DNA of 51,010 nucleotides from a virus (Duplodnaviria; Caudoviricetes): positions 1-51,010 of the IMG/VR virus record IMGVR_UViG_3300028590_000025; one strand, given 5' to 3'. The notes below the pieces were generated by a model that was not told the DNA's origin, made no database searches, and saw nothing but the letters and a program-made list of their open reading frames with translations. Below, piece by piece: positions 37,911 to 46,500 of this stretch. Both the position numbers and the translations under genes were made by a program. Positions within the stretch are counted from its first letter, which is position 1. Each line of letters opens with the position of its first letter.

Positions 37911-38410
37911 CGTGCGGGCCTTAAATGCGCTCTGACATCGTGGGCGGCGCAGTATGGCGAGCCTTCGAGCGAGTGACGGCCGCAGAACCCGAAGTTTGGC
38001 TTCAGAGGATCGCCAATGGGCCATTTACAGGTGTGCTCGGTGAGATCGAGAATGCTGCCCACAAGCGCGGTGACGTCATTGCCGAGCTCGAGCAGGCCAT
38101 CGGGATCGGCTTCGAGCCGTGGCCCATTGGCGCGGGCAATAGCCACCTCGCGCACGCTGATGCGGGCCTCGACCTTGGGCTTCGCCTTCTTGTCAGCCTT
38201 GGGCTTCCGTGGCGGAGCTGGTGGCTTCGGCGCCCTACCCTTGAGTTGGATCTTCCGGCGCGAGCAGAACCCGATGATCGAATTGCGCGAGCAATTGCGG
38301 AAATGACGGGCGATGGATGATGCTGGATTGCCGTCGAGGATAAGAGCGCGGACGATTTTCACGCGATCCTCGTCTGGCATATCTGACCAGTCAGGGAGTG
38401 CTTCATGCAT
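37907..38410 (-). CDS. gcrA: GcrA-family cell-cycle regulator
   Basis: SRNSIIG HTH; LDLTEHTCKWPIGDP..FCG..PYCAAH. Confidence 0.88.
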   Translation of the reverse strand: MHEALPDWSDMPDEDRVKIVRALILDGNPASSIARHFRNCSRNSIIGFCSRRKIQLKGRAPKPPAPPRKPKADKKAKPKVEARISVREVAIARANGPRLEADPDGLLELGNDVTALVGSILDLTEHTCKWPIGDPLKPNFGFCGRHSLEGSPYCAAHDVRAHLRPAR

Positions 38411-38975
38411 GTGCTGGCTCCGCGTCGAATTTGGTGGCTTCATTTCCCCAAGCGTCGAAACCGGGCCGCGACTGGCGCGCGAACAGATCAGCGCGGCGCA
38501 GGCCAGCGGTGTGTTTGTCGACGAGGGCGTAGAATTCTTCGGGCTTGCGACTGTGCTCGCGGGCGATTCCGTCGAAGATCGATGGGAACGCCGAGAACTT
38601 TGGCGGCTTTCCAATGGCGCCGATCAGCACGGGCTCGTGCATCGATCGAGCCCAATAGCCGGTGCCCATACGGACCTTCCCAGCGGGAGTGGTTTTTCGC
38701 CAGACCATTTGCGATTTGTACGTGAAGCCCCAGGCCTTCATGACCTCAAGAGCCTGGGGCTGCATCGCTCCGGTGGCCCACATGAGCAGAATGCAGTCGC
38801 GCTGCGCCAAGTCACCGACGGGCAGAGCCTTGATGTCTTCGGTCTGCATTAGGTCGTAGTGCTTGCTGGCACTTTTGGCTTGGTTCGTCTCCGACCAAGT
38901 GCGAAACCTCCAAGGCGGGTCGGCAATGATCACGTCGTATGACAGCGGCAATAAGGGATCGAAGGGCCAGCTCAT
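38403..38975 (-). CDS. MT-A70-family adenine methyltransferase
   Basis: IADPPW, LMWAT, WGFTYK, EHSRKP and WGNE motifs. Confidence 0.92.
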   Translation of the reverse strand: MSWPFDPLLPLSYDVIIADPPWRFRTWSETNQAKSASKHYDLMQTEDIKALPVGDLAQRDCILLMWATGAMQPQALEVMKAWGFTYKSQMVWRKTTPAGKVRMGTGYWARSMHEPVLIGAIGKPPKFSAFPSIFDGIAREHSRKPEEFYALVDKHTAGLRRADLFARQSRPGFDAWGNEATKFDAEPAHA

Positions 38976-39991
38976 TGCACCGACTCCTTGATCATCGATG
39001 TGATCTGCGGCCACTGCTTCAGCGCCCCGCGATACCGATCCATGGTGTCGAACCAGGCCCATTTGCGATCCAGCGTCATCAGAGGGCCGGGACCGGTTGG
39101 GCATTGCGAAAGGCTCTGGTGGACCCAGCGGGGCGGCTGCCCGATCACGGCCTTTTCCCGGAGATAGAACCGACCCGATTGCGCCTTGCGCGGCCTATGC
39201 AGCACGTCGGTGACATCGTTCTCGACCAGAGGGCGCAACCGCTCGCTTGGCTTGCTCAGTGGCGGCAGTTCTGGGGCTGGCTGGACCTGTGACTCGACCG
39301 TTGGCGCTTCTGCCTCTGGTGGCTTTGCCACGGATGCGGCGAGCGCTTGCCGCGTCTCTGCCTTCAATGCCCTCTCATAGTCCCACCAGGACACGAGCTT
39401 GATACCCTTGCGGCTGGCTGTAGCGCGTACCGCGTCCTCGCTGATGCCGAGGTGCTGGGCAATGAGCTTGGATGGCCAGTCTGGATGCTCGGCATGGATG
39501 GCGAGAATATTAGCGCGGGCTGTGTCTTTGCGCGGACGAGATGGGGTTGGCGGGGTGGACTCGCATCGGTCCTGCACCCCGCCGGGCTCGCTGGATAGCG
39601 TGCCCTGTTCCGAGGTCTTTGCCTCCGCTGGCCGACGCATTTCCTCATCGTCGGGGAGCGGCTTAGGAGCCTCGGGAATTGGTTCGACGGATGGCAGAGG
39701 CCGGGAGGGGGAAAGCCCCTGTCCATCCGTCGGTACCGCAGCCGGTGCATGGCGGGAGGAGGATTCCGCCGGCTGCGATGGGGTCGAAACCGGAATTCTG
39801 GTTTCGGAAAGGGTGGTGACATCAAGCCGGGTAAATGGGCTGTGAGCACCGGAAATGCTGGTGTGCGAGGTGGTGCCCAAAAGGGCGACAACATCGTCAA
39901 AGTCACAGTCATACTCGGCTGCGATGGAATAGAGCGCGGCACGTCCCTTGTTGTGGATGGCGCGGCTGGTGTGTGCTGAGAGCGTGGTCAT
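38972..39991 (-). CDS. Hypothetical protein with a Pro-rich linker and HTH
   Basis: WPSKLIAQHLGISEDAVR HTH-like segment. Confidence 0.65.
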   Translation of the reverse strand: MTTLSAHTSRAIHNKGRAALYSIAAEYDCDFDDVVALLGTTSHTSISGAHSPFTRLDVTTLSETRIPVSTPSQPAESSSRHAPAAVPTDGQGLSPSRPLPSVEPIPEAPKPLPDDEEMRRPAEAKTSEQGTLSSEPGGVQDRCESTPPTPSRPRKDTARANILAIHAEHPDWPSKLIAQHLGISEDAVRATASRKGIKLVSWWDYERALKAETRQALAASVAKPPEAEAPTVESQVQPAPELPPLSKPSERLRPLVENDVTDVLHRPRKAQSGRFYLREKAVIGQPPRWVHQSLSQCPTGPGPLMTLDRKWAWFDTMDRYRGALKQWPQITSMIKESVQ

Positions 39992-40566
39992 GCCGCGGCC
40001 CTCTCATCAGCGAACCCGCCCCATTGGGCGGCCATAGCTTCGGCAATGCCGGTGAAGAAGCGGCTGCGCTCTTTCCACCTGTCCGGGCCCGGCGGCATGC
40101 GATGCACGCGCTGCTCGCGGCCGGCGACAATATCGGTGGGTACGAGCGGCGGCAGGCCCTTGAGCCAGAAGCATGTGCGCTTGGTTTCACCGTGACCGAA
40201 TTGCCATGGCTGCACGGACTGCGCCGGCTCGGCATAGTTCTCGATCAGCGCGTTCCAGAATGCCGAGAACAGCGCGGCGCCTTCGCGCAACTCGTCCTGC
40301 ATCTGCTCCGCGGTCTTGCCCGGTGGTGGTGTGGACAGCCAGCGGACGCCGCTATTGCAGAGCCGGGTGCATGGTGGGTGCGCCACCATGAGCAGATCCC
40401 AGCCATCATTGAGAATGTCGCGAGCGTCGCCGACGATGTGTTTGTTCGATCGGTCATCGCTGGGCAGCAGGTCACATGACCATGCATCATGTCCAAGCGC
40501 CGCAAAGGCGCGGCGGACGGTGCCGGAGAACTCACAGGCCACGAGAACGCGAAGGGAATCGGTCAT
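39988..40566 (-). CDS. DNA cytosine methyltransferase-like protein, apparently with an internal deletion
   Basis: VLVACEFSG, SCDL, AHPPCT and QPWQFGH motifs; no ENP motif. Confidence 0.75.
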   Translation of the reverse strand: MTDSLRVLVACEFSGTVRRAFAALGHDAWSCDLLPSDDRSNKHIVGDARDILNDGWDLLMVAHPPCTRLCNSGVRWLSTPPPGKTAEQMQDELREGAALFSAFWNALIENYAEPAQSVQPWQFGHGETKRTCFWLKGLPPLVPTDIVAGREQRVHRMPPGPDRWKERSRFFTGIAEAMAAQWGGFADERAAA

Positions 40567-41075
40567 CTGATCGCCTTGGGATTGAATTTGAGTTCGGGGA
40601 GTTGCTGGGCGGCGACGTGGCACCAGACAGCGAGGGCGCTCGCTCGATCGGCGTCCAAGTCATCCATGCCCAGCCAAAGGCGACGACGCGCCTCGATCTT
40701 GGCGGCTTTATCCGCGTCACGGGCATTGTCGAACCGCGGTTGCCCGGTGAAGCATTCGAGCGCATCGCGAATATCGACCAGCTTCGCGGCACCCGGCAGC
40801 TTCGCCTTGGCGATCGCTCGCGCAATCACCTGGTAGGCAAAGAGGCGTGGCGCGAAACGCCGGTCATCTGAAACGGCGGTCACAGCCACGATCTGGGGCT
40901 GGTGATGGATGATGCTGGCCAGCACTTCGCGCTGCGCACCGCAGAACAATTCGTCATCGGTGTGCATGTTGCTGCCGAACGTCAGGAAGCCAGAGAACGG
41001 CTTTTCAGCATCCGGGGCACCGAAGGCCCATCCGGCACCCAAAGGGGCGAGGCTGAGTGCAAGAACGGGTTTCAT
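40563..41075 (-). CDS. Degenerate RuvC-like (RNase H fold) protein
   Basis: VLALSLA..GWA and ADRASALAVW, with Ser at the usual catalytic Asp positions. Confidence 0.55.
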   Translation of the reverse strand: MKPVLALSLAPLGAGWAFGAPDAEKPFSGFLTFGSNMHTDDELFCGAQREVLASIIHHQPQIVAVTAVSDDRRFAPRLFAYQVIARAIAKAKLPGAAKLVDIRDALECFTGQPRFDNARDADKAAKIEARRRLWLGMDDLDADRASALAVWCHVAAQQLPELKFNPKAIR

Positions 41076-41569
41076 CGCGCCCTCGTCTCGTGGTGGTAGA
41101 GGGCGACCAGAACGGCTTCGGCGCGGCCATCATCCTTGACCCGCTTGAACAGGTCCGCATGGGCCGGGAAGCGGCGCGTGGCTAGTTGGCGGGAGCCGCC
41201 CTTATCGGCTGTGAGCCCGAAGTGCTTCTTCCACTTCTGGGGCGTCACTGTCTCGATGCCGAAGCCAAGGGCGCCGCAAGCGCCGTGCAGGGCCCCTGCC
41301 CCAAAGCCGAACTGAAACGCCTGTGCTGAGCCATCTGTGGGCCTCGCGCCGACGTATTCGATGACCGCGGTCGCGCCGAAATCGATCATGGGGCGAAGTA
41401 TGTTGCCCAGGTCGTGGACGTTGATGTGGTTCTTGGTCCGATCCTTGCCGCCAACGCGCTTGACCACGGCAAAGGTGGGCATGTCGGTGACGCTGACCAA
41501 TTCGCCCGCGCCGTTCAGGATAGCAATTGCCCCGCTCATGCCGGGGTCCATTCCAATGGTCGAACTCAT
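41072..41569 (-). CDS. RuvC-like Holliday junction resolvase
   Basis: IGMDPG..GAIA, VIE, PQKWKK and DGRAEA motifs. Confidence 0.85.
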   Translation of the reverse strand: MSSTIGMDPGMSGAIAILNGAGELVSVTDMPTFAVVKRVGGKDRTKNHINVHDLGNILRPMIDFGATAVIEYVGARPTDGSAQAFQFGFGAGALHGACGALGFGIETVTPQKWKKHFGLTADKGGSRQLATRRFPAHADLFKRVKDDGRAEAVLVALYHHETRAR

Positions 41570-41961
41570 GCCGCAACCCTCCGCGCCACAATCCAGTCCA
41601 GACAGGCGCGTTGGCGCTGTGCCGGTGGAAGCGCGCTACCGACTTCCCGCATGAAGGTCGCAAGCCAGGGCTCGTCACCATTGGGGTGCGGAGGCAGATC
41701 AACGGCGTACCGGGTCCGACCCTTGGCATCGACATAGGCACGAGGCCCGGCATAGGGCATCCATGCGAATGGTGGGACTTCGGCGGTAAACATGTCGAAG
41801 CGCTTCTGGTCATCCAGCCAGCGGGTCACGGTGACGACACCGCGCCCTGCGGCAATGATGGGGACCGGCTCGAATATCTTGCGGGTGCCCTTGCCGTTTG
41901 AGAGGGCTACGATGCGGTAGCGGCCTCTCGGAGCGCGGGTCATGTCGGTGGACCAGGTCAT
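41566..41961 (-). CDS. Hypothetical protein (DUF551-like)
   Basis: WSTDMTRAPR..AWMP motif. Confidence 0.6.
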   Translation of the reverse strand: MTWSTDMTRAPRGRYRIVALSNGKGTRKIFEPVPIIAAGRGVVTVTRWLDDQKRFDMFTAEVPPFAWMPYAGPRAYVDAKGRTRYAVDLPPHPNGDEPWLATFMREVGSALPPAQRQRACLDWIVARRVAA

Positions 41962-42416
41962 GCCGCCACCTGCAACTTGGCCGGCATGACGAGCCATTCG
42001 ACCCACCATGTCCCGTCATCCAGAGGTCCAATAATGCCCGCGTCGGTCAGGGAGGGGTCCCAGACGATTTCGTCGCCGTGCCCGATGACACAGTGATTGA
42101 CGCCAGTGCGGCTTGTGCCAGACAAGATGTAGTGGAGGCCGTGGCTGGCCTCGCCTGCGCTATTGAGCACCGTCTCAAGTGGCACGTCCCCGTTGAACCT
42201 GACACCCACAAGGGCAATGCCCCGACGCGAGAGCCATGTGCGCGTCTCGACGTCCACCTTGACCGGATCCTTTCGGACACCGTCAGACGAGCCTTCATTG
42301 AAGTGCGGCACAGCATCGGGCGTTACGTCGAGCAGGCAAGCCAGAACGGTGCGCCAGCAATCGCCCCATTCGCCCTGGTCGGGCCGGTGATGGAAAAGCT
42401 GCTTCTGGGCCTGCAT
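41958..42416 (-). CDS. Putative papain-fold Cys peptidase-like protein
   Basis: Q..GDCWR, NHCVI and WDP (Cys-His-Asp order). Confidence 0.55.
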   Translation of the reverse strand: MQAQKQLFHHRPDQGEWGDCWRTVLACLLDVTPDAVPHFNEGSSDGVRKDPVKVDVETRTWLSRRGIALVGVRFNGDVPLETVLNSAGEASHGLHYILSGTSRTGVNHCVIGHGDEIVWDPSLTDAGIIGPLDDGTWWVEWLVMPAKLQVAA

Positions 42417-42895
42417 CAGTTCACCGTGTTCCCAGCAAGCTCGTTTAGCGCTTCGGCGCCGGCAGCCTGCTCGTCTTCGGTGACCCGCTGGATGGCTTCG
42501 ATGCGCTCACGGTTGGCGCGCTCGGCAAACGACTCTTCCGCGCCCTCTGGCGCTTCGCCTGGTGGCAGCCAGTTGTACTGCCCCGAAACATCGGCCCACA
42601 GTTCGATCTTGGTGTCGGGCATCTGCGCAGCGCGCTTCTGCTTCTGCTCGAAATACTTGCGGTCCTCGGCGCGCTCGGCGAGCTTGGCCTTGAACACTTC
42701 GAGGTCCATGCCGAGTTCGGCGCAGAGCATCTTGACCTTGCGCTTGGCCTTCTCGCGGATTTCGGCAGCGGCCTTGCGGTGCTTGTCGCGTTCAGCGCCA
42801 GCCTCATCGACCGTGATTTCCTCGACTTCTTCGAGGGCCTGGATCCAATCGGAATCGTCCGCGCTGTTCTGCAATTGTGGCGCTGCCTTGCTCAT
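42416..42895 (-). CDS. GapR/DUF2312-like nucleoid-associated protein (tentative)
   Basis: Coiled coil followed by ELGMDLEVFKAKL. Confidence 0.45.
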   Translation of the reverse strand: MSKAAPQLQNSADDSDWIQALEEVEEITVDEAGAERDKHRKAAAEIREKAKRKVKMLCAELGMDLEVFKAKLAERAEDRKYFEQKQKRAAQMPDTKIELWADVSGQYNWLPPGEAPEGAEESFAERANRERIEAIQRVTEDEQAAGAEALNELAGNTVN

Positions 42896-43041
42896 GGCTG
42901 CACCCCGAGAAGAACAAGGGCGACGACGAACAGGGCGAATAGGGTCACTGCCAGCCATGAGGCCACACGCCGGTCTGCGGCTTCACGGATGCCGAAATCG
43001 TCGGGCAATGAGATGGGGATGCGCTTGCGTTCCGGATGCAC
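42892..43041 (-). CDS. Small membrane protein (49 aa)
   Basis: GTG start after AGGAG; C-terminal TM; ATGA coupling. Confidence 0.55.
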   Translation of the reverse strand: MHPERKRIPISLPDDFGIREAADRRVASWLAVTLFALFVVALVLLGVQP

Positions 43042-43043
43042 GG

Positions 43044-43448
43044 TTATGCTCCTGCTGTTGGGGATGGCTGGGGAGAGCGGATGGCGGCGACAACATGGGC
43101 GGCGCAGTCGTGAACGGCGTCGGAGCGCTCGCGAAAGTTTCCAGCGAATGTCGCAGCCATGAAGACCGTGATGCGCCGCCCATTGTGGCGGCCAGTCCGG
43201 CGCGCCTCGATGTAGCTGTCGCGCGTGTCCTGAAGGTCTGCAGCCCAGCCCAGAAGCCAGTTCTCAGCGCGACTGGCCGCCCGCTCGCGCTCGGCATTGA
43301 TGGCCTTGGCGATCTCCGCCTTCAGCGCATCGCGGGCTTCAGTGCCGTTCGGGTCCAAGCCCTCGAACTCTCCGCCCTGAATGCGGGCCTCGAATGCGAA
43401 GACGGCGATCTCTGCGGCCTTCTGGATATCGGCTGGGATGGCGGTCAT
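43044..43448 (-). CDS. Hypothetical protein
   Basis: Coupled ORF within the operon. Confidence 0.65.
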   Translation of the reverse strand: MTAIPADIQKAAEIAVFAFEARIQGGEFEGLDPNGTEARDALKAEIAKAINAERERAASRAENWLLGWAADLQDTRDSYIEARRTGRHNGRRITVFMAATFAGNFRERSDAVHDCAAHVVAAIRSPQPSPTAGA

Positions 43449-43678
43449 TCGGAACCGCCGATCTGCTTTGCAGCGCCTTCAAGCGTCCGCTGGACGTTCA
43501 CAACCAGGCGCACGCCATTGAACAGTTGCTTTGCAAGTTCGGCATTGGCGCGAGCCGCATCGACAGTCATGGTGCCGGCACGGACAGCGCTAAGGTCGCC
43601 AGCCAGTCCGCGGATCACCGCTTCAAGATCAAAGCGATCGTTCAAAGGCGAGGATTCGGATTGTGGGTTCAGTGCCAT
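43445..43678 (-). CDS. Hypothetical protein
   Basis: Coupled ORF within the operon. Confidence 0.6.
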   Translation of the reverse strand: MALNPQSESSPLNDRFDLEAVIRGLAGDLSAVRAGTMTVDAARANAELAKQLFNGVRLVVNVQRTLEGAAKQIGGSE

Positions 43679-43935
43679 CCCTTTTCCTTCCATAGCGCCA
43701 CCCGTCCAAGCGCAGAGGCGACGGCATGCAGACGCTGCAAAGTGTGGTGATCGCCCCGCGTCATGCCGGGGATGCGCACCTGATGGCCTTCGCTGGCGGT
43801 GCAGTAGAGGCACAGCGGCGGGTGGTGCATCCCTTGACGCCAACGGTCGGCAGTGACGGTGCGCTCACAAATTGCGCACACGTATGGCGGCGGAAGTTCT
43901 GGCTCGATGCGAAAAGATGGGCGCGCGTGGATCAT
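43669..43935 (-). CDS. Zinc-finger protein
   Basis: CAIC...CLYC. Confidence 0.65.
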   Translation of the reverse strand: MIHARPSFRIEPELPPPYVCAICERTVTADRWRQGMHHPPLCLYCTASEGHQVRIPGMTRGDHHTLQRLHAVASALGRVALWKEKGWH

Positions 43936-44240
43936 GCCGCCCACCCGGTCACGGCTTCGGCGCTACATGGGTTCCATGCCCCTGCCCGGCTGTTGTCGTT
44001 AGCGCTCATGGTGCGGCTGCGAGCACGCGCCCAGTCCATGTGGCGGCTGTCGACGCCGCCAAGATCGTCGTGCTGTGCATTGCGCCAGCGAACGATGGTG
44101 GCCGACGACACGGGCCTTCCGGACTCGGCGCTCATCTTGCGGGCGAACCAGAAAGCTTGCTGTTCGGCAGAGAGGTGGGGAATGGCCGTGATGGCGATCC
44201 TGCGCAGCATCTCGCGCATTTCGATGCGGGGCGGGGTCAT
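43932..44240 (-). CDS. Putative CII-position HTH regulator
   Basis: VSSATIVRW HTH-like segment; second gene after cro; C-terminal ANDN...AA. Confidence 0.5.
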   Translation of the reverse strand: MTPPRIEMREMLRRIAITAIPHLSAEQQAFWFARKMSAESGRPVSSATIVRWRNAQHDDLGGVDSRHMDWARARSRTMSANDNSRAGAWNPCSAEAVTGWAA

Positions 44241-44587
44241 GAACGGCCCTCGGCTTTGGCGATGGCCCAATTGGCCATGTCCTCGGCGCCAATGAGGGCA
44301 GACAACGCGCCATGCACGTTCCCGCCGTCCTTCAGGGCTGCATTCATCAACTCGACGGATGCCATGTAGAGCTTCAGCGCTTCCAGCAGATCAGGAGCGG
44401 CGGCAATGAGCTTGAAGCGCTTCGCGTCAGTGCCATCGCCGGTGGCGTGGTTCGGGTCCTGATGGCAGACGATATCGCCGGGGGTCGCCACGATGAGGCG
44501 ACCGTCGTCGCAGGTGATGACCTCCCACCCCTGCCCTTCGCAAATCTGCTCCGATTTTTCGCACATGTGCTTCGGTCCTTCAGGCAA
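44237..44587 (-). CDS. Hypothetical phage protein
   Basis: LIAAAPDLLEALK..AIAKAEG phage motif. Confidence 0.7.
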   Translation of the reverse strand: MPEGPKHMCEKSEQICEGQGWEVITCDDGRLIVATPGDIVCHQDPNHATGDGTDAKRFKLIAAAPDLLEALKLYMASVELMNAALKDGGNVHGALSALIGAEDMANWAIAKAEGRS

Positions 44588-44646
44588 TAAGCAGCCGTCG
44601 GCGCTCCATGCGCTCGGAGGCTTGGTGATGGTGAATTCGGTGTTGG

Positions 44647-44871
44647 TTAGCTGGCCACGGCCATGAGGGGCGGAGGCGCTGTCGCCTCGCCATAGATGTC
44701 GGGCCGCAGGTCATGGCGCGAGACGCCAGTGACGGCCTCGACCGCCAGCACTCGCCCCACCGGGCAAACTTCCCACTGAGAAATCGCCTGAGACGTGATG
44801 TTCCCAAGCGCCTTGGCGAGCTTGGTAGCGCCGCCGGCCTTCTCGATTGCTGTCTTCAGTGCGTTTTCCAT
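44647..44871 (-). CDS. cro: Cro-like (YdaS-type) repressor
   Basis: GGATKLAKALG.ITSQAISQW..LRPDIY; divergent from cI. Confidence 0.9.
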   Translation of the reverse strand: MENALKTAIEKAGGATKLAKALGNITSQAISQWEVCPVGRVLAVEAVTGVSRHDLRPDIYGEATAPPPLMAVAS

Positions 44872-44880
44872 GACTGCATT

Positions 44881-44940
44881 GAAAGCACAGCTTTCCGTTC
44901 GATGCAAGCGAAACTTTCGATGATTGAAAGCTTAGATTTC
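44881..44940. promoter_or_regulatory. OR operators: three GAAAG-N5-CTTTC sites
   Basis: 44881-44895 is perfect; 44904-44918 and 44926-44940 each have one mismatch. Confidence 0.8.
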
Positions 44941-44955
44941 GGCAATCTCTGCGGC

Positions 44956-45753
44956 ATGGATACCATTGCTGCCAGAATCAAGTTTGTCCGGAAGAGTGCC
45001 GGCCTCTCCCAAGAAGCCTTTGGCAAAGCGCTGGGCGTGTCCCGCGGCGCTGTGGGCAATTGGGAACTGGACAAGGACATCGGCAAAGACAACCTACTCG
45101 CCATCGCGAAAGAGTGGCGCGTGAGCCTGGACTGGCTGATGAACGGGAAGGGCGAAGCGCCGGATCGCGACGACATCCTCGGAACTGAAGTCTTCAAGGA
45201 CAATGCGCCGAAGGCGTATTCCACCTTCGACCCTGACGAGGAATGGAAGCCTGAGACAGAGTTTGAGGGCGAAGCTTATACCCGCGAGATGTGGACGCCG
45301 CGCCAGCCCGGCGCACTGCCCGAACTGGATCTCAAGGTCGGTGCCGGCGAAGGTTCTGTGGGCGATATCCTGGTGCTCGAGCACAAGGGCCATGCCTACT
45401 CTGGCCATCGTATCGTGGACGAATGGCTCTTCCCCGAGAGCTTCCTGCATTATGCCGGCACAAGCCCGAACCATTCGATCGTTGCCGAAGTAACCGGCGA
45501 TTCCATGGTTTCGTCCTACCTGCCCGGCGACCGCGTTGTGGTCGACCTGAGCCAAGAGATGAGCGTGGACGGGGTTTACATGTGGAGCGATGGGCATAGC
45601 CCGCCGCAGATCAAACGGCTCCAGCGCATCCCCTTCAGCGATCCGCCGCGCGTCGAAATCAGCTCCGACAACAAGGCCTATAAAAGCTTCGAGGCACCCC
45701 TAGCCGAGGTCCGCATCTTCGGCCGGATCACCTGGCACTTGGGCCGGAGATAG
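44956..45753 (+). CDS. cI: CI-type repressor (XRE HTH plus S24 peptidase)
   Basis: LSQEAFGKALGVSRGAVGNWE, GAG cleavage site, GDSM (Ser) and IKRL (Lys). Confidence 0.93.
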   Translation: MDTIAARIKFVRKSAGLSQEAFGKALGVSRGAVGNWELDKDIGKDNLLAIAKEWRVSLDWLMNGKGEAPDRDDILGTEVFKDNAPKAYSTFDPDEEWKPETEFEGEAYTREMWTPRQPGALPELDLKVGAGEGSVGDILVLEHKGHAYSGHRIVDEWLFPESFLHYAGTSPNHSIVAEVTGDSMVSSYLPGDRVVVDLSQEMSVDGVYMWSDGHSPPQIKRLQRIPFSDPPRVEISSDNKAYKSFEAPLAEVRIFGRITWHLGRR

Positions 45754-45757
45754 TTTC

Positions 45758-46009
45758 GTGAGCGAGAAGCCTACAAAACTCATCGTTTACCTCGCCTTCG
45801 TCCGAGACGAAGAAGGCGAACTGCAGCCAGCTTTTGAGGCCCGTGAAGCTCAATCCGAGAGCGCAGCTAAGCAGCAGGCAGCAATGCTCTGGGGCTCTGG
45901 AAAGTATGCTGGTGCCATTGCCTGGTGGCGTTCGGCCGATCTCGTCAATGGCGAGTTCGGGGAGCCTGTTATCCTCTTCCAGCAGGGCGAAGTGCCCGAA
46001 ATGGAATAG
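45758..46009 (+). CDS. Hypothetical protein in the cI operon
   Basis: Starts 4 nt after cI. Confidence 0.7.
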   Translation: MSEKPTKLIVYLAFVRDEEGELQPAFEAREAQSESAAKQQAAMLWGSGKYAGAIAWWRSADLVNGEFGEPVILFQQGEVPEME

Positions 46010-46028
46010 GCACCGAGGAGATCAATCT

Positions 46029-46433
46029 ATGAGGACATTTGCCACTGGATGCGTAACCGCAGTGTTTCTGCTGGCTACCCCTGCGAGTGCGATTGAGCCG
46101 TCGCGCGTCCAGCAATGCTGGAACCTTCAGCCGGAACACTTCAGCATCGGCGCCAAGGTCGAGATGCGGATAAAGCTCGATGCGAACGGCAGTGTCGTGA
46201 CTGCCGACGTCCTCCGGTATGAGCCCGATAGCGAGGATGGCCGGGCAGTCGCCATGTCCGCAGCGCGAGCTGCAGTGACTTGCGGACCTTACCCTGGCGA
46301 GAGCGGGGAATTCTACTTCACGTTCACCCCTGATAACTCTGCCGAAAGCAGCGTCATCACCCTGCCCGATAACGCCGACGGCACTGACAATTCGCTGGCC
46401 AATGAGATCCAGCAGTTGATCGACGGCAAATGA
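46029..46433 (+). CDS. Secreted TolA/TonB C-terminal-domain-like protein
   Basis: Signal peptide ending PASA; VQQCWN..IKLDANGSV..SAARAAVTCGPY. Confidence 0.65.
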   Translation: MRTFATGCVTAVFLLATPASAIEPSRVQQCWNLQPEHFSIGAKVEMRIKLDANGSVVTADVLRYEPDSEDGRAVAMSAARAAVTCGPYPGESGEFYFTFTPDNSAESSVITLPDNADGTDNSLANEIQQLIDGK

Positions 46434-46500
46434 TACCGAGCGTCCTTGGTCGGGTCATTGATATGCCGCGACGACTGAACGAGAAATGCCCGAGGCCCGA

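Noticed and set aside
41898-43856. 652-aa plus-strand ORF
   Set aside because: Antisense shadow of a coupled minus-strand operon in high-GC DNA; no motifs.
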